Positions 11,901 through 24,864 of a DNA stretch of 64,000 bases are shown one piece after another. The notes under the pieces were generated by a model. That model made no database searches and was not told the origin of the DNA. It saw only the letters and a list, made by a program, of their open reading frames with translations. Origin of the DNA: Fimbriosthenelais zetlandica. Lineage: Eukaryota. The position numbers and the translations under genes were made by a program. The DNA is taken from contig OZ365118.1 in assembly GCA_977030845.1 (NCBI GenBank), positions 11,408,001 through 11,472,000 on the forward strand. The letters are read 5' to 3'. Position 1 is the stretch's first letter. Each line of letters begins with the position of its first letter.

Positions 11901-14900
11901 GATTGTATACCATTGGACTGTATTCTTGACGTATGTCTCTTAGCCTGGCAACTGTCTGAGGCACCTGCCAATGAGCAAGACCCACTGACGCACATCAAGA
12001 AAACGGCACAGGGGATATGGGCTAACTGAAAGAGCAAACAATAGTACTATTATAGTAGTGGAATGAATTATATTTCCATTATATTAGGCTCATTATTATA
12101 CATATATGATCCATCAACCAGTATAGGTTCTTCCATTGTGCATTGTGCCAGATGACGAACACACATAATCGAAATATAACAAAATTTGTAGTCCGAGTGT
12201 CTAATAAGCTTTAACCATGTTTGGAGAGATATACATGTACTATGTACATTAAACGATAAAGACCATGAATGGATGATTTGATTATCATTACACAGTACAG
12301 ATGTCAAGAGTGCATTAAATATTTATGTGTTATGGAACAATTAAATATGGGAACAATACATTATAATGGGAGGAGATAGCATTGGTTGGCTTTGGGTTTC
12401 ATTTTTTCAGTCACAGGAGTTTCATATATAATGTATATTATAGTATTCAAAGACCTTAAGTTCCTCAATCTACGAGGCTCCAATGTCTCCAAAACACAGA
12501 CTATATTTAACATGGGGATATACAGAGAAAACACAAGGCATCTACGTCCGATACAATCACCGGCAAAAATGTTTGACAAAATGAAATGTCTAAAACTCGT
12601 GGAATGGAGCAAATTGACCATAATAACATGCATTCATGATATCAAGCAGTGAACACCTATGTGGACAATTCAATAATTAAATAATTCACATTACGAACCA
12701 CTCCTAATGATGGTTTCCAAAGTCAATTGTAAAAGCAGAGATTCTAAATGACATGATTGTCATGGATGTCAATTCGTAATTTTCATTTTTATGTTACATG
12801 TTCAAATATGATTCTCAAATTATATTGACTAGTTAGGAAGCACCAAAATAGATGTAAACGACCGAAGGTTAGTGACGTTGGACAAATAAATTAAAACCAT
12901 GGAATGAAAAACCTTGACTGACCGAGTGACTGTAACTGGCAAAGTAAACTGAGGGGGTAACCTCCGAAAGCAGTGCACAGAAATAATAATGACAATTTTA
13001 CATTTTATCTCATTAATTAATGTATTATGATGACGATCGTTTAAATGAATTAACAGATGCAAGCGAAACAGGAATCTCATATGTATGCTCCTTTCCCATT
13101 GTTGTTCAGAGGGGCGAGAGGGATATTCTGTATAGATCTAGCAGTTGTATTATTTTGACATACATTTCTCAATTTCTGTCCAGATCTCTGAATCATGCAA
13201 GTAAGACATGACATTTTCATTTTAAATTGCCTATTATCAATTTGGACGATTTCGATGACAGCACATTCCAAACCATATTTATCTAAGCATCCATGTGAAG
13301 ACAGTTTCAGACTTTTCAATTTAATTTCTGACTCTTTTCTTTTTTGGGAAATGTGGAACTATCCAAAAGTGCCATGTAGGACTTTCGGATCCCTGACTCG
13401 GGAATGTACATGTATGCTGATACTGTTTCGCCCCTTTCTCCGCCCACAATCGGGCCTTACAACTTTACATAGGGTATGATCTTCCCTCAATTGACAACCA
13501 TTCATAAGCAATTTTCCCTCTCAATGTCATAAGCAGAGAGACTGGGTAACAGCAGACAGGGCTCACATGGATTATTTCAATAAAAGCACCATAAATAATA
13601 AATTATGTTTGACTCAAATAACCAATAGTTATGCCAAAAATAAGCAGATTCATGTCTGTTTATAGACAAGCAGAACTTGACGACCAATAAGAAAAGAATA
13701 TCTCCCTTTAGTTGCAAGAGAAAATATCAGGCTTCTGATGCAGGAACCTGAAAAGAGTTATTTTACTTAAACTTGGGCTTGGTAGTTATGCCATGAGTTG
13801 CCAGCTGAGATTGACACCAGCAGAGCTTATCAGTCAAGGTGACTTATCATCATTGTACCTAACTGCTGATCACCCTTTGAAAGACATTGCAGAGATGGGA
13901 GCCGTCAAACTATCCTTGATGGGAGAGGGACAGAGGACACTCACCTATGTCCGGAGCATTCCATCCATATTCCCTTCTTATCTCTTTTATTATTGAGTGG
14001 GGTAATTTCAGGGGGTAGAAAGTAAGCGCTAGTTGAATTGATACTCCTATATAATAGGGGGAGACACCACTTGTAATATGATTCCTATGCTAGAAACTTG
14101 CACATAGAATTTGTCCTCTCTCATACTCTAAGTCCACGATTAGTATTCTTTACAGGGTGGTATTTCGGAACGATTTCATTAAAATATTAAGTACTCTCAA
14201 AATGAAGCCAACAACACTATGTATGCGACCTCTCTTCACCATGCATTGTAATGTTTAAAATGAACGCTGCTGTTCTATAGATGAGTGACTGTTAGTAGAT
14301 GTTTTTGTAATGTGGAGGAGTATAGATTTGCATTGATAAGTGACTATACCTACATATGAATGTGGCAGATTTTGCCGGTGGTATATGTCCATTAAGGAAT
14401 TGCTTTCTCAGAGGGAAGTGATGAAATTTGGCTATAATTCTTAATAGAGATAATTAGAAGACTATACATGAACTAATTAATACCCTAGTAAGTCACAACT
14501 ATTATTTATTTTCATTATTATTGCCTTTCTTGTTTTGGTAATGTATGAATATTAACGGTCAGTACATAATATTATGTGTAATATTGACTATTGATACTAT
14601 TACGTAAGATTACCTGGGTAATATACTTATGTATGCTTCCTTCTCCCTTTCATTATTTTCTGTAGGTTATTTACTATCTGTTCTGGATAAGCTATGCTTT
14701 TATATACATTGAAGAGCTATATCACTAGAGGAGACAACAATTGTAATATAACCCAGCTAAATCAGTTTACATTAGAGTACATTAAACTATGATCTATTAG
14801 TCAATCACAGTTAGTGTATAAGTATGTGTGTATCTCACAACATATAGAATCTTGCTTCGTCCATCCAGGGGAGGTAGGGCACTTTATCACCAAAGTTAAC

Positions 14901-15913
14901 CTTCTAATAATCAGGTGGTTTATGTGCACACGTGAAGGAAGTATATAGAAGAGAAACATAACCGACTTCAATCAAATTTACACTACACTTTAGCATTACC
15001 ACAGATATTTTCCTCCATTATATACAAGAGAATTCGGTATAAAACAATTCAGTTTTAAATTACAATCAATATGAGCGGTATGTACAAAAATGGTTTGCTT
15101 TGGTAATAATTACAATAATTCAGTAATAGTAATAATGATAATAATCATAACTGTACTCCTTCATCGGCCACTGTGTACCTGCTTTGGCAGCTATGTAATT
15201 ACTCCAGCAATCTCCTTATATGGCACATATTGTTACGTCATGTGTTCATATCACATGATAATCATCCATCAACTTTATGTAGGTTCACTTCGCCATTAGA
15301 CCACTTTCTCAGGGGGGTAACCAACCTGTTGTTGTTTTTTCACCTCCTTGCAAAGCGATCACCATGCAGGAAAGACGCTGATCGCTTAAAAACGTATGTT
15401 TTTTGGGTGATCTTTTTTCAATCTGCCATGGCCAGTGTGAGTGACATCAGGCAGCGAAGTCCTGTTGATTTCAGCCCTGAGGTCACACTCAAAACATTTT
15501 GCCATCCACATTGTAACACTTGGAGTGTCACCATGATCCAAGTCCGTTGGCAGCTCACATTTTGCCTGCCACACTTATATCCAAATGGAATGAACAGAAG
15601 TCTATCATGGGGTATATGACTCGCGGCCCTCAAGCTTTCTCGGCCAGGGCTCATTACATATTCTAGCCCTTGATTCAGTTGCTGCACGAGAGAGGAACCC
15701 GCCAATCTTCGCAAGAATCCTTCACTGTATTATTGGTACTTGTACTTCTAGTTTTTCTTGCATATAGACATCCGTACATATATGTATTTCTTCTACAATC
15801 TGCCCTTCTCCAAATTTTTGATGATTGCATACTTCGTAGAAATTAAATAGTGAGCAACTGCATAACACAGGATTATAGGTTATGTTGGTTTGGGGATAAT
15901 TTGAGCAGGGTTT

Positions 15914-16097
15914 TCAACCCCAGTTGCCTCGACTCTTGCCTGAATCGCCAGCACCCAAACCACTTACAAGCTCCTCAGCCACCATTTTCCGGTGCTGTTT
16001 TGACCTTCTACGAGGGCAATAGCCAGTCCGTATGCTTTCCTCATCAAATACACCATACTGACATTTAGGCCGCAATAGCTTCCCTTCCTTGATTAAC
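15914..16097 (-). CDS. VEGF: PDGF/VEGF-family growth factor, coding exon 6 (to stop codon)
   Basis: tctttgattgcag acceptor in phase 2; (R)LIKEGKLLRPKCQYGVFDEESIRTGYCPRRRSK...GNWG-stop. The summed CDS is 1122 nt, divisible by 3. Confidence 0.88.
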
Positions 16098-17371
16098 CTG
16101 CAATCAAAGAAGACATTTTGTGAGTGGATGAACAAAGTTTTAATTAATTCATAGACAGTTTTAGAACGTTGGGACTGAGACTTGAATTTCTAAAATATTT
16201 CTCAGAATATTACCTATACATGACAATATAGAGGGGTATTTTAACATTATAAATGACTTTCTGTTAATTAATATTATACACTGATCTAAAACATATTATC
16301 TTATTTGGTTTCAGACAATACAATTTTGAGCCAATGATTGCCTTTTCTGTGTCTTGTAGTTGCCAACTGATACCTGTTTCACTTCTCTGTTAAATTGACA
16401 GTAAGTTAATCAGGTGTGATAGCAACGAACATGGTCATACCAGATTACTGGCTCTGTTTTAAAGGTCTTTATTGGAAATTTGACTCAAGGCAAACAGAGT
16501 CCATACGATCTGGGGCCTGTTTCAGCTTAAAAAATTCCCATAGACTTATTACACTCTCTAACGCAGTGACAGGAATTTGTCAGAAGATACTTAAATGCAA
16601 CCTCTTCAACCAGCATTCACTTACGCACCGCACACACTTCCGGTTCCTGTTCACATGCGCACACTACGTTTCCTCTTCCTTTCCTACCAGCCTTTACGTC
16701 AACAATCAACATTTCTTAGTCTCGAACATGAAAGACCGCCCCCACCCCTCCCTGTTGTCCTATAGGTCCGATGGTAGATGAAACAAAGGTCTGCCACCCG
16801 AAGAACCCAGCAACGATAACCTAATGACCTAGCACATGCACCTGTCTTAATCTTAGAAAACTCTAGCATCATAAGAAAAATTCAAGCACTCGGTTCAAGC
16901 ATCCCTGTCAAGAAAGTGTACCCCCAAGGGAAATTACTATGATGACAATGTCAAAATGGTCAGGCAAGAGCAATGGCCGTCTTGGTCTGTCAATCAATGG
17001 GCACATACATGTCCATATATCAGTGTAAACCTTAAAGCTTTTGTTACAGCATAACAATAATAGAGAGGGATAGAACAGTGGAGAGCTTTAAATCAATGTG
17101 CAAGCTTTCAGAGTGGTAGCAAGAAGTACCTGTAAAGTGAGACAAAGGGCCAGAAAGCGCAACCCATTTCAGCAAGCGGAAGGTTTTTTTGTCAAACATC
17201 AAAGAATGGTAGTGCATGCCTGATCAATGGATAGGTGCATGTTACAGATGGGGGGTGGGGTCTGATGGGCGTATGCTCTTGTTTGTCTCATACATTGGTA
17301 AGAATCTTAAACAATCAAGAAATCACATATCAACATAGAACCTCAGGTTAATTTGGGTGGGGGAGGGATTA

Positions 17372-17559
17372 AAACTGCACTTTAGTGGCCCGATCCAAGA
17401 TGGCTGCCGAATATCGCGAGGTCAATGTGTCACTAAGGTCAGGTTTAGGACAAATTATGCTCTTATTCCTTTAAAATTATTCCGTTGCTAAGGGCCTTGC
17501 CTCACGAGACTTCTGGCCGCCATCTTGGATTAGGGCAGCGGGCCCCTAAAATGCAGTTG
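17372..17559. mobile_element. MITE family A, copy 1
   Basis: Ends aactgcactttag...ccgatccaagatggc and gccatcttggatt...ctaaaatgcagttg; homologous to 31815-32083. Confidence 0.75.
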
Positions 17560-17696
17560 CAGGCCCCTGCCAAATTTTGCTATAATGCATTCATATAGCA
17601 AACTAAAACTGGTCCAACCCTGGTTGAGAGTTTTGTCATAAAGGGTGTACCTTATTTTCCTGATGTCGGGCGTGTATTATAGTTTATATAACTTAC

Positions 17697-17831
17697 CTGA
17701 GTTCCTTCTCGTCTAGGGGGCTCTTGCCCTTTTTTATTCTGATACAGGTATTGTGACCATCAAAGCAATCACATGTACACTCTGTCTGATTCTCCCGGCG
17801 CGGGGAAAAAGGACGAGGGCACTGCTGGCAC
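17697..17831 (-). CDS. VEGF: PDGF/VEGF-family growth factor, coding exon 5 (Cys-rich C-terminal region)
   Basis: ttttacag acceptor; (E)CQQCPRPFSPRRENQTECTCDCFDGHNTCIRIKKGKSPLDEKEL; GTAAGT donor; 135 nt, phase 2 to 2. Confidence 0.93.
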
Positions 17832-18150
17832 CTGTAAAAGTTACAAACAGACAATGTCATCGTTTGACAGTAATATTATTCACTCAACATCAAATTTCAA
17901 CAACGCATAAAGAGTGTATAATTCATGTGACAATCGCAATTTCTTTTGTAAATATCATCATAATTATGTGAGCAAAATCCTTATTAAAATTAGATTCGTT
18001 GAGAGGATGCATATTAAAAATGATTGATAATTGTAGTAGGATACCCATGCAGTACAAGGACTGACAATAGGAATTGTGCCAAGAAATAGAGACGAGAGTA
18101 GACACATCTTGTAGGAATCATCTTTTTGATGTCTCATCTAGTATACTTAC

Positions 18151-18266
18151 TCAGGTATTTGTTGAATTGGTGCGCACGCACACTCGGTGTGGTTGACAAA
18201 TGTCAGTGATTCCACTATGTGTTTGCTTGGAACTACTTTCCCACCTTCTTTCACATATTCCAATGC
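18151..18266 (-). CDS. VEGF: PDGF/VEGF-family growth factor, coding exon 4 (end of cystine knot)
   Basis: ttgcag acceptor; ALEYVKEGGKVVPSKHIVESLTFVNHTECACAPIQQIP contains the F-x-NHT-x-CxC motif; GTAAGT donor; 116 nt, phase 0 to 2. Confidence 0.95.
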
Positions 18267-21200
18267 CTGCAAGTCAATAGAGAGATTCGTCATTAATAAT
18301 TATCATTCATTTGATGACTGGTGTAGAATCACATTTTAGCAATCTTCATTGTGTTTCCTATTGTATCAAACACCAACTAGTCAGAAACCCGTTATTTCTT
18401 GAAAATATAGAATGGGACAGTGACAATGAATGTGTATTGTAAGACAGAATGTCCCGAGGGAGGTGTACCTCGAGAGGTATACCAGGGCACAAGGTTTGGT
18501 TGCCTAAAGGTACATCCTGAGAGCTTGAGGGATGTGCCTTGGTTGGTTGCATCAGATTTGACATTATTTCCCCCACGTACATCCTCCGTTTTCAGTTTAT
18601 ACAAGCTAACAACATGATATAAAAATAGCTTTGTCATCGATACAGAATTTATGTCAAACAGTGCAGATCTAGGACAAATAGACAGGTTGTACATAATTTG
18701 TAAATTTGTTCAAAATATTTATATTTTGTCCAAGACATTAGTATAAAAGTTTGAAATTCTTGGATGCAGGTGCATATCAAGGACCACGGAAGCATTTATT
18801 TGTTTAAAACAAATTCAGGATAGAGGAAATGAAACCCTTCCCCGTGCCTCCCATGTAGCTGTGTAGTATAACCGAGGAGGACTGGTAATTTTAACTCGAG
18901 TTTATTTTAGAGAACCAGTTTTTTTATAATGGATTACCAGGCGAATCTCTTGTCTCACTAGACTTTCCCATATCCATCATTCAAAGAGTCTAGAAGATTT
19001 AACGTGCCCAGAGGTTCACTGGGAAATTATGAAGAAGGAAGAGCCAAAAGGCTTTGGCTTCGCCTTGTCAGCATTCATTTCAATCCACTTAAACCGACGA
19101 TGATTGTGTGATAGATTGTTCTCCCTATCATTCTTTTGCAACAATTCCTACATGAATTGATGAGGGGGGACACATGAGCCATTTCTCTCATCTACATCCA
19201 CGTAGTCTTTGGTCCTCAGAGGAACAGGTGTTTATAAAATTGTCATTATCTCATGATTACCAGTTCCATCATTCTGTGCACTTTCATCGTATATAGTTTG
19301 TACAAAAAATGGAGAAACTTAATAGTAACAAAATGGCAGGAGCAGGGTTACTAACTGGGTTATTAACGGCCATGTTTATCGCTAGAAGCATCTAAAAGAA
19401 CCACTGCTTGTCCATCACCCTCAATGTTGCCACGACATAAACCCCCAATCAAATCAAAATGAAAGTATAACCCAGCATTAGCTTACCCTTTATCGACATG
19501 GTTCATTCTCGCGGCCTTTTATTATAGATAGGTAGGCCAACATGGTACAACAAACCTCAGCTCCTGTCATGATGCAGGTGTAAGTGCATGACAAGAAATG
19601 GACTGAGGTCAATGTGTCTTTAATGACCATTGCATGGAGTGCCAGACTATAAACAAGCCACATGCCAATATTTTATGTGCCGCCTTTCACAATGGCATTA
19701 GCCTCTAGCTGTTCAGCCCTTGCATATAACCGCTCATCTTATGGAAACCAAGTGAGTTTTCCATGCATGTACAGGAAACCAAAAGAGATTGTCATACTGA
19801 AACCAGGTCAAAACTCCCTTGAAATTTACTTAGTATTCATTGGCATTTAAAACATGGAGCTGAAAAATAAATATTCCAAAATGGACTCCCCAGAGAGGAC
19901 GCGAACAATGGGACGGAGAAGAATTATTCAAATTCCAATGAATAGCCTTTAATACTAATAATGTTTACAAATGAGACCATTGCGCCCTTGACATGATAAG
20001 GAAATTACCCCGCATGCGACACTGGGTGGGAGAGAGAAGAGAGAAGCAGGCCAGAAATAAATTAAGCTGCACTCAATGCCATTGACAACATTGTCATGTC
20101 TCTGCCCCGTTTTTCTTCACATGATGGAAGCAAGGCGGCCGACAGGTCCTGGAAGACGTTGAAAGCCCCCCATTCATGACGTATTTAAGAAGTGCTCAGG
20201 CTTGGCTCGGTGGGCGGGCGGTGAATTTTCACTGAAACCATTATGCTGTCCAAATCATATTACCCAGGCAAAGAGAATTTTCAAGTAGAAAACTATTGTT
20301 ACCCTCCAAGAAAAAAATAATTCCTGGAAAACAAAAATCAATAGCATGTATTTTCTTGCCCATGACAGTCACTGAGTGTTTGACAGAGGGGGACAGGGGC
20401 TCGTTTCAGCGTAAAAAAACCAACAGACTTAGCATTGCTAAATGGTTGTTCTGAAACCGGCCCCCGTTCTGTTCATTTCTACCAGGTTCTGGGGCCCGTT
20501 TGAGCGCAAAACTTTCTCATAGACATAGCATTGCTAATGGTTGTGCCGAAACAGCCCCCAGTTCTATAAGCCGGTGTGAAAAATCATGTTTAAGAGGGAA
20601 TGTTACATAAAGCTCGATTTGCAATGAATTGAAGCGATTCAGAAACACTGAACACACACGGGCTGACCTTCTGGCTTCTCCCCGACTTGAACATGAAAAC
20701 TCGATTTTCAGAACATGGCGCTTATATGCTGAGAATCTGTTATACTGTAAGCTTGCCAGATGGAGGATGCATGGGAAAGTAACTAGTGCTTCTAAAGAGA
20801 AACCGATTACCTTCAAAAAGCTTCTACTTAATAATAAAACAGTGTATGATAACAGTGTATTTACGAAAACATATGAAAACCAGTAGTTTCTTTAAATAAT
20901 TTATACATAGCCCCGTTTTCAATGGAGACCCATGGGAACAAACTTCCAAGCCTAAAGGTTGGGCCGGACAACGGGGTGAAGGAATCAAATAATTAATTGG
21001 CGATCCTTTTCTGGTAGATCATTATGATATTAATGATTACATTATTGTTGTTGGCTGATGACCTGTGTTGTCTGTAATAGTGGCGGTATATAGGCCTATA
21101 TATATATACAGCCTGCATGGCCTTGTAATAACCAACACAACCGGGCCGTGAGAATGACAAAATATGAGGACCTGGGAAATAAGCCCTGAAATATGTATGA

Positions 21201-22399
21201 CACCGGAGCTTCTTAAGCTAAGTTTCACCCCTGGGGAGGTTAGCGAGCTCCACTAAGATTATTTCCGAGCCATGCGACATAAAAGGAATAAACCTGCAAG
21301 GTAATTGATTGGAAGCCAAAAGGGGGCGAGTATTGCCTCGGCTCTCCATGTGTCTTTCTCCCCGTATCCGGAGACAAATAAAAAAATAATGAGAACAGGG
21401 ATACAATTAGAATAAAGTGATAGAAAAAAATAATGCGAATTATACATTAGCATGTACAACTTGTGACATTGACACATGAACCAGTATACAGCATCACACT
21501 GTCCCTACGAAGTTTACAAAAATCGTCAGTAGTATCATCGGCAATGAGGCCAACAAGTTTTAAAGACAAAACTGCCGCAATTTAAGACCTTTAATGCCGT
21601 AAATTTGCCACAATCAAATTTAAGGTTTTTTATTGACGCACGGGAACCCTCATTTATATAATTAGGACCTATACTAAGAGTACCAGACAGACCTACACTA
21701 CTGTTTATTACTTATAGGTTTAATTTGACCCGGAGAACAAAGCACAGTGCCAAATGACACAGTGAATTATTTTAATATGAAGGAAATGACCCAATCACTG
21801 GGACTGTCCACTTCCAGCCCCATTACTGTCTCAGTCCCCGATATAGTCCCAAGCAGACAGGACAATACGATAGCAATTGATTTAGATCTAATCCATAAAA
21901 TGGTGGAGGGGATCCTTCCGGGGGCAGTCTACTCCGGGCCTGCTGTGACAGCACAAGGCAGTAATCTGGTTAGATGACATAGCACTCATCTGACCACCAC
22001 TGACTCCTTTCTCACGACTGGTTGACCACTATATCCAGCCATAAATGACGTATATATATATCTAATATAGGAAGCACGGACCAGCCTATACCAGCAGGCT
22101 TAATCAAATAACTTTAAATCACTTCCCTCAATGGTTTTTCTTTTCAAAAAACAACCTCCCATATCCCTGAAAATGTCCCATTGAAATCGTGAATCACAAT
22201 AGACATTAGAAATAAAAAGTCCCAGCAGAAGCCACAAAAGCCCTCTGAAATGACTTTATAAACATAGCTGTATTTCTATAAATCCTTTCATATACTGTTG
22301 GCTGTTTTTTTCTCGCTGTTTCCATCCAGGGTCTGCTTTGGAGTTATGACAACCTTTCAAACTTTGCTAACCCCCTCCCCCTCCTGACTGCGCCTTGAG

Positions 22400-24072
22400 A
22401 CTGGTAATGGCCCCGATATTGGCCAGCGATCCGCCGCTCTTGGGAGTATCTATTTCTCAATTTGTCTTTGGCTCGGCCTATCAGAATAATATGATGAATT
22501 AGTATAAGCCGGGCGGACAATGTGGCCCTGGGAGGGCAGCCAGACTTACTCCCTTATTGGAGAAGTACAGAGCTGTCTCTCACCCTGATTGAATCACTTA
22601 CACTGGACCGCCGTTATATCGCTATAACGACAATGATCGCAAATGTCAACACGGGCCGATCAATTACTCGTCAGCTCACCACATCAATAAATCCTATCCT
22701 AATCTCTGATACACTCAACGGATGGTTTTTTATACTCTGATTTAATATATAATAGCTTAGCTTTCATCACCCCTATTTCGTTGAAGGGAAAGATCAAATA
22801 AACATTATGATTGTATGGTGGATATCAAATGATGGATGGATTATGGTTATTTTGTTCATATGGGTAATTACTTTATTTAGTTAGTGTTGTAGATTTAGGC
22901 GGTGTCTGCTGCTGCGGATGAGCGATTATAACACATTACAAGACGCATTGATTTTTTTATCGAGTATCAAGTTCCTTGTTGTAAACCCAACCTTTACAAA
23001 ATCGAAAAATTTAAGTGCAAAGAAGTCCATTGAGAGTCACTACAGTGACACATAAGAGTCACTACAGCCACACTTAAGAGTCACTACAGTGACAGATAAG
23101 AGTCACTACAGTGACACATAAGAGTCACTACAGTGACACTTAGGAGTCACTACAGTGACACATAAGAGTCACTACAGTGACACATAAGAATCACTACAGT
23201 GACACATAAGAGTCACTAAAGTGACACATAAGAGTCACTACAGTCACATTTAAGAGTCACTACAGTCACACTTAAGAGTCACTACAGTCACACTTAAGAG
23301 TCACTACAGCGACCAAGGAACTGCGGTCCATTTAAAGCATGAAGAAGGCAGTGTTCTATATAGAGGCAGGAGGAGGCTTGCCCTATACAGTCCTCCTAAC
23401 CCTGGATTAGCCATGAGGATAATGCTCAGATACAGGCTGCTCCAGGGTGTAAGTAGAGGGGAGGAGATGATGCACACTGCGGTGTTCTCTTACCAGGCTC
23501 ATCTTTACAGCACGCAAGTCCACAGGGACGCGCCATATAGCGGGTATGAATAAGGTGCTAACCAGTGTAGACATGTCTCGCCAAAGGCGGCCAACAACAT
23601 ACCTTTATATGCCATACCCCAACTTCACTCTTTGGGTTCTCTCATTACTTCTTGAAGACAATAACATTTTAAAATTCCTTGATAATTATTACATAAGTTG
23701 GCCAAACGATATGATTAACTGTAATTTTGCCTAATTCTATTCTTGAAAAATTTAAATAGGTTTGTACTGTTCATTAGCTTTTCATAGGTGACGAAGCAAA
23801 GAAAGTCCACATTTTAATGTATTTTTTTAAATGACATCATCATTTTATTCTGTATTTTCTATTACAGGTGTTGTTGGAAGGCGAAGTCACTCCAGAATCG
23901 CACATTAGGTCAAGAGGAACATATTGACTCGTTGAATACAGAAGGTGTCAAGAGGCATGCAAATGATCAGATGGCTGTCATTTCAAAACCTTCCGATCCC
24001 ACAGTAGACTTAATAGTAGAAAATTATTTAACTGAATCGAAGGTGAAGGGTGAACAAACTAGTAATATCTGA
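22400..24072 (+). pseudogene. Decayed class A (rhodopsin-like) GPCR nested antisense in VEGF intron 3
   Basis: Motifs in correct order: GNG (TM1), YLFLNLSLA (TM2), SLTLIESLTLDR(R)YIAI (TM3, S3.39-R3.50 spacing exact), IMVILFIWVITLF (TM4-like), TRLIFTARK (TM5 end), RQRRPTTYL-x6-FTLW (TM6), WPNDMIN (TM7-like). A strong acceptor at 23868 opens a 67-codon CCWKAK... tail. Many stops and frameshifts; loop spacings are imperfect. Confidence 0.5.
23032..23314. repeat. 22-bp minisatellite, about 13 copies
   Basis: Unit aagagtcactacagtgacacat, containing the palindrome GTCACT-AC-AGTGAC. No spacers, so not a CRISPR array. Confidence 0.95.
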
Positions 24073-24864
24073 TTTCCCCAAACCCCCTCCTGACCTCAAT
24101 GTACTGCAGAATTCCACTCACGAAACGCTCAATAATTCATCAGCAATAGAGAACTGGGCTGCTCGGCTAATGCTGCAGCCTTACAGACCACGCAATTGCT
24201 GGATCTAAAACTTTTGCGTAGACCTAGTACTCGCCCAGAATGAAAAATGTGTGATCTGAGCCAGTGCGAAGCATTCAATAAGCTATTAGTATTACACTCA
24301 AAAGTGACCTGTGTGAATGGGAATGGATGGTAAGTCGCAGGTTCCAGATCTATTATCTCCATCCAGAACATTTAGTACAGGATCATGTTCACCACTAACT
24401 GTTGTTAGTGGCATTGGCATTGCTCAAGTGCAGACGTTGGTGAGACACTTGTTGTAACGCCGACCTCGCTAACACCGATGAAACTATTGTGGGTACTATT
24501 GTGAAGATGACTATGGCTGGCAATGCACAAGAACAAGAATATACGTAATTCTCATTCAATATGCCGGTTTCTTTTTCTTCGTTATCCAGAAGAAGTTCAA
24601 AAGTTGGGAAACAGTCTTAGTAATACTTAAAAAGCCCATGTTCTGTATTGGAATTTTCACTGCAGTTCTTCCCCTTCCAGAAATTTTCAATTTCTGACTT
24701 AGCATGCAATCTGTCACAAATACCAGGCACAAATCGCTAGGCCTTATTATTACCCAACTCATCCTGATTGTCATTCTCAAGTTTTAATCACAGATCCAAC
24801 GGCCAAAACCATCTTCAATAATCCACCTGTTGTCAACACAAAAATTAACATAAGGGATACTTAC

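Noticed and set aside
18570-18580. TACGTGGG on the minus strand, identical to the human VEGFA hypoxia element core; other RCGTG sites near 19.2, 59.8 and 63.7 kb
   Set aside because: Short motifs are expected by chance in 64 kb; no conservation evidence is available.
23032-23314. Palindromic repeat array as a CRISPR candidate
   Set aside because: Units are head to tail with no unique spacers, there are no cas genes, and the context is eukaryotic.
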